Origin: an uncultured Bacteroidales bacterium
GTDB taxonomy: Bacteria > Bacteroidota > Bacteroidia > Bacteroidales > UBA932
Assembly (NCBI GenBank): GCA_947303465.1
Contig: CAMYYI010000004.1
Span: 7,903-71,902, forward strand
DNA: 64,000 bases
Reading direction: 5' to 3'
How positions within the stretch are numbered: the first letter of the stretch is position 1; every line of letters starts with the position of its first letter. Made by a program: the position numbers and the translations under genes. Below the pieces are notes generated by a model. The model was not told the origin of the DNA, made no database searches, and saw only the letters and a list, made by a program, of their open reading frames with translations. Of this stretch, positions 56,112 to 64,000 are shown one piece after another.

Positions 56112-57913
56112 AGCTGAAGATCAATTTGTTGTTAATGGCGGCCATTTGCCTGCCGCTGTTCGTTTCCTGTAATTTCGAATGGCCGGAATCGGCAAAAGAT
56201 CCGCTTCCGTTCACCCTGGATGAAAACAAGGATCTGACCGTAAACCCGGGAGACGATTTCTTCCAGTATTGTAACGGCTCGTGGCTCGCAAAGACTCCCG
56301 TTCCGGAAACAGGTGGCGTTGGAGGCCTGCTAAAGATGGAACCCATAATGGCCCAGAAGACACAGAGCGTCGTTGATGCCAACCCTTCGCTGAAACGGTA
56401 TTTCCAGCTTATGGACGAGATGTACTCCCACCAGGAGGCGGCGAGTGCTTTTGTCGCAGAGCAGTATTCGAAGTATACTGTTCCCCAGACCAGGGAAGAA
56501 TTCTTCAGACTCCTGGGTAAGATGACGGCGGAGGGGATTTCTCCTCTTCCTTTGACTCTGGAAAACGACTGGAAGGACGGACAGATCATCGGACTGGTCA
56601 GCGTCCCCAACTCAACTTACCAGTATTCGTTATCGGAAGTGGATCCTTCCATCAAGGAAGATCTGATGTGGCTGGTAGAAGGCATGGGACTGAAGCCCCA
56701 GGACCTTTATTATAATGACAAAACAGTTCAGGTGATGAGCCTCTTCAAAGGGCAAAAGGTTGAAGGGTCAGGTGAGCTTATCCAAAGAGGCTTCATCAGT
56801 CTTTACCCCTTCCTGAGCGAAGAGGCCCTTCAAATATATAACGCATCTACGGGTAATACGTGGAGCCTGGACCATACTCGCCTGGAGGCCAGGGGCTGTA
56901 TAGGATATGAGCTCTCCTATTATATTGCTGAACAATGCGTTACACCCCAATTGAAACAATACTTCCTGGAGCGTATCGAAAAGCTTCGTGAAGCCTTCCG
57001 TAATAGGATCAGCAACCTGGACTGGATGAGCGGGACAACCCGCGAGAATGCGCTGGACAAGCTGGATAAGATGATGATTTTTGTCGGCTCTCCTGATACC
57101 TGGTATGAGGATTGTCTGCCCGATCTCAGCAAATGCGAATCCCTCGTGGAGGCCGTTCATATCCTCAGAGGCTGTCAGTTCCGCCTCAGGCAGCACCTGA
57201 TTGGAACGCGCGATGTGATAAGCGGCACGCTTACAGATGTTTACGATTTGCCTGGCAGAAGCATGGTGACCGACCTCTCGCTTGTAAACGCGTTTTATAA
57301 ACTCGAATATAACTGCATTGTCATTTTCCCGGCAATGATGCTTCCTCCGAATGTGGATCCGTCCGTCTCTGAGGCATATCAATGGGCTACGTTTGCGGTT
57401 GAAGCCCACGAAATAACCCACGGCTTTGATTCTCAAGGGTCAAAGTACGATGCACTGGGACGCGTTCGCAATTGGTGGACGGTTGCCGACCAGATGGCCT
57501 ACCAGGAGCTTCAGGATAAGCTTGTCCAATGCTACAGCACGCTGGAGTTTGATCCCTTCGCTTACCCGGGCCAGTGTACGGATGGCAAACGCACCCTGGC
57601 AGAAAACATAGCGGACCTCGGCGGCTTCCTTATTGCAAGGGATGCTTTCATGGCATATCTGGACGAAAATAATTTCTGGGGAGAGGAGTATGTGAAAGAG
57701 CTCAGGAAGTTCTATGAGGCCTATGCCGACCTGTACTGCATCAAGTACAGTCCGGAGAAACTGGCTAATATCGTCAGTCTGGACACCCATTCCCATTGCC
57801 GTCTGAGGGTCAACGGTGTTGTGATGAACACGGACATGTGGTACGACCTGTACGACGTAACGCGCGACAACATACTCTACCTTCCTCCGGAACGCAGGAC
57901 GTATATCTGGTAA
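56108..57913 (+). CDS. M13 (neprilysin/PepO) family zinc peptidase lipoprotein
   Basis: PGDDFFQYCNG, VNAFY, HEITHGFD, ENIADLGG, HS..RVNG. Confidence 0.9.
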   Translation: MKLKINLLLMAAICLPLFVSCNFEWPESAKDPLPFTLDENKDLTVNPGDDFFQYCNGSWLAKTPVPETGGVGGLLKMEPIMAQKTQSVVDANPSLKRYFQLMDEMYSHQEAASAFVAEQYSKYTVPQTREEFFRLLGKMTAEGISPLPLTLENDWKDGQIIGLVSVPNSTYQYSLSEVDPSIKEDLMWLVEGMGLKPQDLYYNDKTVQVMSLFKGQKVEGSGELIQRGFISLYPFLSEEALQIYNASTGNTWSLDHTRLEARGCIGYELSYYIAEQCVTPQLKQYFLERIEKLREAFRNRISNLDWMSGTTRENALDKLDKMMIFVGSPDTWYEDCLPDLSKCESLVEAVHILRGCQFRLRQHLIGTRDVISGTLTDVYDLPGRSMVTDLSLVNAFYKLEYNCIVIFPAMMLPPNVDPSVSEAYQWATFAVEAHEITHGFDSQGSKYDALGRVRNWWTVADQMAYQELQDKLVQCYSTLEFDPFAYPGQCTDGKRTLAENIADLGGFLIARDAFMAYLDENNFWGEEYVKELRKFYEAYADLYCIKYSPEKLANIVSLDTHSHCRLRVNGVVMNTDMWYDLYDVTRDNILYLPPERRTYIW

Positions 57914-57914
57914 C

Positions 57915-58847
57915 ATGACCCTGAAAACCTGCACCAAGGTCAACATAGGCTTGAACGTTCTTCGCAAGCGCCCCGACGGTTATCACGACCTGGAGACGCT
58001 CTTCGTTCCCTATTGGGGCCTCGGAGACGTGCTCACGGTGGAGCCGGCGGGGGAGTTGTCCATCGATATTCAGCGAGACGGCGGTGTGGACTGGGACCCC
58101 ATGGAGGACCTTACTGTCCGTGCCTGGCGGCTCCTCAAGGCCGATTTCCCTTCGCTGCCGGCTGTATCCATACGGCTGATTAAAGGTGCCCCGGTAGGTG
58201 CGGGCCTCGGCGGCGGCTCGGCCGACGCTGCCTTCATGCTCCGTGCGCTCAACGAGCTCGGCGGGCTGGGGCTATCCGACTCCGGGCTTGCCTCTTACGC
58301 TGCCAAGTTAGGCTCCGACTGTGCGTTTTTCATCTATTGTAGTCCAAAGTTCGCCACAGGCCGCGGCGAGGTACTCGAGACCTTTGGTATCGACCTATCC
58401 GGCTACGACCTTCGGGTCGAGATTCCGCTTGACGCCGCCACTGGCCGCCCCGTCGCCGTCAGCACCCGCGAAGCGTACAGCGGTATTGTTCCGAGGGACA
58501 AGCGCTGCGCCCCCGCTAAAACCACGCCGAACGCGTGTGCTGGGCAAGTACCTTATTCTGAGGCGTTTACTGAAAACCGATTATGTCATTTTACGCAATC
58601 GGTTTTCGGTAAGTATCAGCAGGCCAACGGGTTGCGCGCCACGGGGGAAGGGGCTCTGTCTCTGCGGGAGGCGCTGAAGCTACCGGTCGAGCAATGGCGC
58701 GGCGTGGTTGTCAATGACTTCGAGGCGACAGTCTGCCCGCTGCATCCCGAAATATCGGCCCTTATAGACGACTTCTACCGCCGCGGTGCCGTCTATGCCG
58801 CCATGTCCGGCTCCGGAGCGGCAGTATTCGGCCTCTTCCCCCGATAA
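57915..58847 (+). CDS. ispE: 4-diphosphocytidyl-2-C-methyl-D-erythritol kinase with in-frame insertion
   Basis: KVNIGLNV..RPDGYHDLET, AGLGGGSADAA, LGSDCAFF, NDFE, MSGSG. Confidence 0.93.
   Translation: MTLKTCTKVNIGLNVLRKRPDGYHDLETLFVPYWGLGDVLTVEPAGELSIDIQRDGGVDWDPMEDLTVRAWRLLKADFPSLPAVSIRLIKGAPVGAGLGGGSADAAFMLRALNELGGLGLSDSGLASYAAKLGSDCAFFIYCSPKFATGRGEVLETFGIDLSGYDLRVEIPLDAATGRPVAVSTREAYSGIVPRDKRCAPAKTTPNACAGQVPYSEAFTENRLCHFTQSVFGKYQQANGLRATGEGALSLREALKLPVEQWRGVVVNDFEATVCPLHPEISALIDDFYRRGAVYAAMSGSGAAVFGLFPR
58545..58636. repeat. Palindromic repeat (same family as 14986) within ispE
   Basis: TTACTGAAAACCGATT-14 nt loop-AATCGGTTTTCGGTAA; AT-rich relative to the gene. Confidence 0.6.
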
Positions 58848-58874
58848 AAATATTTGATTATCAAAAACTTTTAC

Positions 58875-58882
58875 TACCTTTG
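58875..58882 (+). promoter_or_regulatory. TAnnTTTG promoter element for rpsP-rimM
   Basis: TACCTTTG with an upstream TTTG. Confidence 0.7.
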
Positions 58883-58937
58883 CAGTCCGCTCTCGGGTAG
58901 GGCGTACTAAAGTATTATTTAAACAAACAGATTCACA

Positions 58938-59516
58938 ATGGCTGTTAAGATTCGTTTACAGCGCCACGGAAAGAAGAATTTCGCATTCTTCCACATTGTA
59001 GTGGCAGACGCACGCGCACCGCGTGACGGTCGTTACATCGAGCAGATCGGCTCCTACAACCCCAACACCAACCCCGCTACCATCGTACTCAACTTTGAGC
59101 GCGCACTGGCATGGATCAAGGTAGGTGCAGAGCCCACTCTGGTCGCACGTCGCATCCTCTCCTACGAGGGAGTTCTCCTTCGCCACCATCTCGACGGCGG
59201 CGTAGCCAAGGGAGCCCTCACCCAGGAGGCCGCTGACAAGAAGTGGAACGACTGGAAGGCTGGCAGGGATGCCAAGATCGAGGCCAAGAAGACCGGACTC
59301 AAGAATGCCGCAATCGAGGCCCGCAAAGCCGCCAAGGCTGAGGAAGCAAAGGTAAATGAGGCACGTGCCGAGGCCATCGCCAAGAAGGCCGCAGAGCTCG
59401 CCGCCGCACAGGCTGCCGAGAAGGCCGCCGCCGAAGCTCCCGCAGAAGAGGCTGCAGCTGAAGCAGCAGCAGAGGCCGCAGTCGAGGAGGCTCCCGCCGC
59501 CGAGGCAGAAGCATAA
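58938..59516 (+). CDS. rpsP: 30S ribosomal protein S16 (long Ala/Glu tail)
   Basis: [34 protein letters not shown]. Confidence 0.97.
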   Translation: MAVKIRLQRHGKKNFAFFHIVVADARAPRDGRYIEQIGSYNPNTNPATIVLNFERALAWIKVGAEPTLVARRILSYEGVLLRHHLDGGVAKGALTQEAADKKWNDWKAGRDAKIEAKKTGLKNAAIEARKAAKAEEAKVNEARAEAIAKKAAELAAAQAAEKAAAEAPAEEAAAEAAAEAAVEEAPAAEAEA

Positions 59517-59980
59517 TGCTTCCCGTAGCCAAAATTCTGAAATCCAACGGCACCGAAGGCGATATCCTGATCGGATTGCTGAACATAGACGCCGAAGATT
59601 TCAACACCGAGGAACCGGTATTCGTCGAATTCGATGGATTGCCGGTTCCATTTTTCATTGAATCACTCAAGCCGCGGGGGAAGTCCCGTGCAATTATCCA
59701 TATTACCGATACCGACAACCTCACCGACGCGGAAGAGATGGTCGGCCGTACGATTTTCCTGGACGCTGAAGATGACGCGGAGCAGGACGAGGATTTCACC
59801 GGCTGGACGCTTTACGACAAGGAAAAGCTCGTTGGCGTGGTATCAGACATAGAAGATATTCCGGGCAACCCCTGCCTGTGCATAGGCGACACCCTTGTCC
59901 CCCTGCACGAAGACTTTATCATTTCCGCGGATCCGCAGACCCGCACCCTTGTAATGGATTTGCCCGAGGGGCTTTTCTAG
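59516..59980 (+). CDS. rimM: Ribosome maturation factor RimM
   Basis: Follows rpsP; KSNGTEG, DGLPVPFFIE, LVPLHEDFI, MDLPEGL. Confidence 0.88.
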   Translation: MLPVAKILKSNGTEGDILIGLLNIDAEDFNTEEPVFVEFDGLPVPFFIESLKPRGKSRAIIHITDTDNLTDAEEMVGRTIFLDAEDDAEQDEDFTGWTLYDKEKLVGVVSDIEDIPGNPCLCIGDTLVPLHEDFIISADPQTRTLVMDLPEGLF

Positions 59981-62496
59981 AACTTCATTTCCGCTCCCAC
60001 ATTCACCGTGAACAGCCGCCGAGCAGGCTGGAGGGATCCGTCTGCCATAGGCACTTCCCTATGTGACAGACGCCAGATAAAATCTACCCTGAAAATACGG
60101 AAAATGTTGGATATGCCTACTCCGGCCTCCATATATGGCACGCCGTTGAGGGTCTTCATCATCTCACCGCTTTCCCACTGGGGGAAGCGCATCATCGCCC
60201 CGTACCTGGGATCGGTGCCGTTGTTGCGGTCGCTGAGCGTGCCGTAGGCCATCTTGAAGGATACTTCTTCTCGCAGCTGCAGCTTGTTGATCAGTGGTAT
60301 CTTGCCAAGGAAGAAGCCGTTGAAGCAATGGTACCAGAACAGGGTGGCCCAGGTGTCGGAGCCGAATTCGAAGTATTCCATGCAGGAGAAGGCCGTCTTG
60401 TCCATGATGGGAGTGGCGTTACCGGGATACATCTGCAAGAGCATCCAGGGGACTTTTCCAACGATGGTTCCGGCATTGATATCTATCTGCGATACTCCCA
60501 GAGGCGGAATCCTGAATTTCCAGAGCATCTCCACAGTCGGCTTAAAATAACCTATGTCATTGGCGCGCAGCCCGGGAACCGAGCCTTCCAGATTGAGGAA
60601 CAGGATAGGGTAGTCCGTATGGAGATAGGTCTTTGTGTAGAAGCCGCGGTTCACAGTCTCTTCCCATGAGAAGCGTCCCTGCACCCGCAGGAGGTTCACG
60701 GCCACGCTGGGGTAACTGGTGTTGTTCCAGGTGTCCATCTGGACATACTTGCTGGCATAGTAGCGCTTGAGCGCCATCTCGGTTTTCAGGTTGAAGTTCA
60801 TGGAGAACTCATGCTCGTAAACGGCCGAGAAGTTGCTCATCCATGTAAGTTTCGACTGCTGTCCCCAGAATGAGGTAAGGATGTTGTCGCTGGTGAGGTT
60901 GCTCTGTCCTTTTCCCAGCTGATATGCTTCGAACCTGCCGTCCAGCGTCAGTTTGCGTTGCGGCTCCTTATTGAAGAGATGCTCGTACGTAAGACCTCCG
61001 TCAAACCTCTTGCCTTTAGGAGCCTGGGGTGCATAAGATACGAAGCCTGTAGCCCTGAAGGTCTTGCTGAGTTCCTTTGACGTGTGGATACCTAACCTTC
61101 CCTTTATGCCCTGGAGGCTGTTGCTGCTCACTATCTGGCCTATGCTCAGACCTATGGGGCCAAAGTCGAAGTGGCTGATAACCAGGGTGTAGATGAATTT
61201 GTAAACGTCTTTGTATAGTTGTACATCCTGGACTTGCTTCACCATATTGAAGATTCCCTTCTCCTTCTCTGTAAGGTCGAATGGGCGTGCCTCTGCCCAG
61301 TAGGCCTCGTCCATGTTGTTGGCCTCCGGGAGAACCTTAACCTTGCCGTCTCCGGCATCCAGCGGCTCCTGGGGAGAGAAGTCCAGATTCTCATAATGGA
61401 GCTGACGCGTACCTATCATGGAGACTATACGCGATGAATCCCCGAGCGCCAGGGAGAAGTCTGCATATAGCTTGTCATGGCTGAAGAACCATGTGGAATC
61501 CGGGAGTCTCTGGTAGTCGGACTCCAGCACTATATCTCTGATCCAGTTGACGTTACCCCCCTTGACCATCTTTGCCTTTATGCTCTTGAGGGCGAATTCC
61601 TCGGCATCTATATGCATCTCTCCGTCAAATGCCGGGGAAGAAATGTTGGGCTTCGGATGGAAGCGCACCAGATAGGTCTTGCGTCCGTCAATCTGCAGCG
61701 AGTCGATAATGTAGTAATTGTAGAACAGCAGACCGCTCTGCTGGATAGGAGACGGGAACTCTATGTTGAAGGTGTTGATGAAAGGACGGTAGAAATTGGC
61801 TTTCAAGTGCATGCTGCCGGTGAACTGGCTGAGCATGTTGGCGTCCGGATTGATGCCCGAGATGTGGTTGGCGGTGATGGTTTCGTTGTCTATCAGGGGG
61901 TCCGTGGTGTGCCTGCGCTCAACTATGGACTCGGAAATCATGAACGGGAGGTATGGTACGCCGCTTATCGAGGACGTATCCATGTAGTCGAAGACGAAGC
62001 CGAACTGCTTGTTGAAGATCTTGTTGTCCAGATACTCCTTGGGGTGCGTCAGATCGAGCTCCATCTTGTTGTAGATGTTGCATTTGTAAGACGGCCTTGC
62101 GTCCGGATCGTTGCGGTAGCGGTTGGCGTTGATATTTGCGAGCAGGCGCTTGATGCGGCGGTTGTCGGCCTTTACGAACGCACCGGGCAGCTGGGTGTCG
62201 GACAGCTCCAGTACAAAGTCCACGTGAGTGAAAGCTCCGTGCTTTACCTTTTTCTCCTGGGTCTTGTATCCCAGCAGCTGGCAAACCAGAATCTCGGCCT
62301 TGGGGTCCAGGGTTTCCAGGGTGAAGCGTCCGTTGATATCTGCAGTAAGTCCTACGGTAGTATCCTTGAAGTAGATGCCGGCGAAAGGTATAGGCTCGCC
62401 GGTGCCCGCTTCGGTTACGGTGCCTATGACTTTGGTCTGGGCGCCGGCCTGAAGGGCCACAATCAGCAGTGCAAATATGAGCAACAGCTTCTTCAT
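59977..62496 (-). CDS. Outer-membrane protein with carboxypeptidase-regulatory-like N-domain and DUF5686
   Basis: GTVTEAGTGEPIPFA..G.F; YNKMELDL; PYMEAGVGISNIFRIFRVD; terminal F; TAACTTTG element at 62513-62520. Confidence 0.8.
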   Translation of the reverse strand: MKKLLLIFALLIVALQAGAQTKVIGTVTEAGTGEPIPFAGIYFKDTTVGLTADINGRFTLETLDPKAEILVCQLLGYKTQEKKVKHGAFTHVDFVLELSDTQLPGAFVKADNRRIKRLLANINANRYRNDPDARPSYKCNIYNKMELDLTHPKEYLDNKIFNKQFGFVFDYMDTSSISGVPYLPFMISESIVERRHTTDPLIDNETITANHISGINPDANMLSQFTGSMHLKANFYRPFINTFNIEFPSPIQQSGLLFYNYYIIDSLQIDGRKTYLVRFHPKPNISSPAFDGEMHIDAEEFALKSIKAKMVKGGNVNWIRDIVLESDYQRLPDSTWFFSHDKLYADFSLALGDSSRIVSMIGTRQLHYENLDFSPQEPLDAGDGKVKVLPEANNMDEAYWAEARPFDLTEKEKGIFNMVKQVQDVQLYKDVYKFIYTLVISHFDFGPIGLSIGQIVSSNSLQGIKGRLGIHTSKELSKTFRATGFVSYAPQAPKGKRFDGGLTYEHLFNKEPQRKLTLDGRFEAYQLGKGQSNLTSDNILTSFWGQQSKLTWMSNFSAVYEHEFSMNFNLKTEMALKRYYASKYVQMDTWNNTSYPSVAVNLLRVQGRFSWEETVNRGFYTKTYLHTDYPILFLNLEGSVPGLRANDIGYFKPTVEMLWKFRIPPLGVSQIDINAGTIVGKVPWMLLQMYPGNATPIMDKTAFSCMEYFEFGSDTWATLFWYHCFNGFFLGKIPLINKLQLREEVSFKMAYGTLSDRNNGTDPRYGAMMRFPQWESGEMMKTLNGVPYMEAGVGISNIFRIFRVDFIWRLSHREVPMADGSLQPARRLFTVNVGAEMKF

Positions 62497-62578
62497 TATC
62501 TATAATGAAGCGCAAAGTTAGCAAAAATCGTGCACGAAACAAGAACGGCAGGTCCGGAGGGACTGCTGTGTGTAGAAA

Positions 62579-63619
62579 CTACTTCCTGATGGCTGCGATG
62601 CCGGGAAGCAGATAATCGGTGCAGGCGTCTTCAGGGACAAGCAACCAGGCGGCATTCTCGAACATGGTCCTGAGCTGTGCCCCGAAAATGGCTCCGCTGC
62701 GGTTCAGGAGGCTCTCCTGACGGTCCGGGCCTTCATAGAAGAAAGAGCCGAAGCTTTCCACGTCCACCACGAAAGTACTCAAAGACTGAGGTCTCACGAA
62801 GCCGTAGAGAGCGGCTCCGAAAAAGTGGTACCAGGCCCCGTAATTGTCTCCGCAAGGCGCTGTGTCGTTACGTATGTATGCCAGTTTGCGTTGCATGGGG
62901 TCGCGGTCCCTGTCCGGCCTGAACGGCATTTTTGTGAGTACGTTTTCGCAGGTGAGAAGCGTAAGGTAGATGTTGCCGCAGTTGAGGCGGTAGCTCTCAG
63001 AGAAGAGTTCGTGAGGCTCCACGCTCCTGTCCGGGCGAAGCATTATCCATTGTGTCAGGGCCTTTTCCTGTCCCGTGACGCAATAGCGGGACGTCCAGCC
63101 GCAGGCAAGGCAGATAAGCAGCTTTGTAAGGCCGAAAGTGGATGCCGGGCAGTCCTGCTGGGCACCGGACAGGCGTCTTCCGAGGCGGTGCCAGTAGGCA
63201 TAGGGAAGATAGGCGCTGGCGTCCGGTGACCATCTGTGCTCCTCGCACGCAGATGGAATAATCTCCGGAAAGTACCCGCGCATTATTTCCGCACATTTGT
63301 TCAGCATCCGTTCCGAATCAATCGGCCAGGTCTTACCTATTTCAAAATTGCCGGTAGAAGGATTATGTTTGCGGCCTTCTGCCTGCGGCAGGGAGGCGTG
63401 GATGAAATAGGTCCAGAGCTTGATGGGTATGGTGTCTAGCTTGCGCAGGAGGAACGCGTCCCCAACAGGATCTACGAACATAAGGCTGTCCTGGCGGTAC
63501 ATCCCCGAGCTGTATCCGCTTTCTATTGTCTGCATGAAAAGGGCGGAGGGAGTTGCACAGCCGCCCGCCAGCAGAAACAGCGCCAGCGCAAGCGGAATCG
63601 TATGTATATGCCCTTTCAT
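62579..63619 (-). CDS. Hypothetical lipoprotein
   Basis: 346-aa ORF with LLAGGC lipobox and an upstream TATTTTTG element; no family recognised. Confidence 0.55.
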   Translation of the reverse strand: MKGHIHTIPLALALFLLAGGCATPSALFMQTIESGYSSGMYRQDSLMFVDPVGDAFLLRKLDTIPIKLWTYFIHASLPQAEGRKHNPSTGNFEIGKTWPIDSERMLNKCAEIMRGYFPEIIPSACEEHRWSPDASAYLPYAYWHRLGRRLSGAQQDCPASTFGLTKLLICLACGWTSRYCVTGQEKALTQWIMLRPDRSVEPHELFSESYRLNCGNIYLTLLTCENVLTKMPFRPDRDRDPMQRKLAYIRNDTAPCGDNYGAWYHFFGAALYGFVRPQSLSTFVVDVESFGSFFYEGPDRQESLLNRSGAIFGAQLRTMFENAAWLLVPEDACTDYLLPGIAAIRK

Positions 63620-63662
63620 TGACGCAAAAATATGAATTTATGTTATATTTGCGTTACACGAA

Positions 63663-64000
63663 ATGAGCTTTTGCAGGAAAATACTATTGTTTTGCATCTT
63701 GATGATGCCACTTGCCGTAAACGCTGCCGACAGGGCTCCTATGAAATGGCAGGAGATATGGCAGGCTATGGGCGTGGACCCTGTAGTTGCAGAATCGGTG
63801 GTATGGCCGGAATACAAACAGTATGGCTATTTGCGCGACTGGCTGGAGACTTCGGCCGTTTCCGGCACCTATATACCTTCAGGAGCAGGGTTCGACTTCT
63901 CCATCGGCGTATTTCAGATGAAGCCCTCCTTTGTTGAGAGACTGGAGTGCGCCTGGATGCAGAGCAGTCTCGCCCAAGCATCAGAGATTCAGTTCGATAC
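63663..64000 (+). CDS. Secreted hypothetical protein (partial), possibly lysozyme-like fold
   Basis: Read manually: MSFCRKILLFCILMMPLAVNA...VVWPE...DFSIGVFQMKPSF, open to the window end; TATATTTG at 63644. Confidence 0.6.
   Translation, partial: MSFCRKILLFCILMMPLAVNAADRAPMKWQEIWQAMGVDPVVAESVVWPEYKQYGYLRDWLETSAVSGTYIPSGAGFDFSIGVFQMKPSFVERLECAWMQSSLAQASEIQFD

Noticed and set aside
59300..59516. Low-complexity Ala/Glu repeats at the end of rpsP
   Set aside because: Ordinary C-terminal extension of Bacteroidota S16

Overview
GC-rich Bacteroidales chromosome segment, judged from TAnnTTTG promoters, a SusC/SusD pair and many lipoproteins. The left arm holds an envelope-type operon (TM2, LolA-like, YidD-like/TPR), then a long minus-strand run (psuK-uraA-apt-DUF5020-deoD-rhaB-rhaA-rhaD-nth-miaA), followed by psuG, sufB and pnuC. 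From about 17.2 to 54.8 kb an accessory block separates sufB from sufC-sufD. It contains three paralogous ~1,070-1,110 aa fimbrillin-like/GGIVG-repeat lipoproteins, each directly preceded by a 42-48 aa YxxP...W micro-ORF absent from the ORF track (one carries a G9 tract). It also contains a cassette-like array in which a recurring structured palindromic element delimits an Rpn PD-(D/E)XK nuclease gene, a DUF4160/DUF2442 pair and a whole adhesin unit. The block ends with a SusC/D locus dominated by phosphoester enzymes (four calcineurin-like phosphoesterases, two fused to the same pilin-like N-domain; an EEP hydrolase; a GlpT-type transporter) plus GH127 and GH97-SGNH. The right arm holds sufC, sufD, an M13 peptidase, ispE, rpsP, rimM and a DUF5686 protein. 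Two different palindromic repeat families appear in frame inside housekeeping genes (rhaB, ispE, psuG 3' end). I saw no rRNA, tRNA, CRISPR array, integrase or reverse transcriptase. All family assignments come from motif recognition by eye, not database searches.
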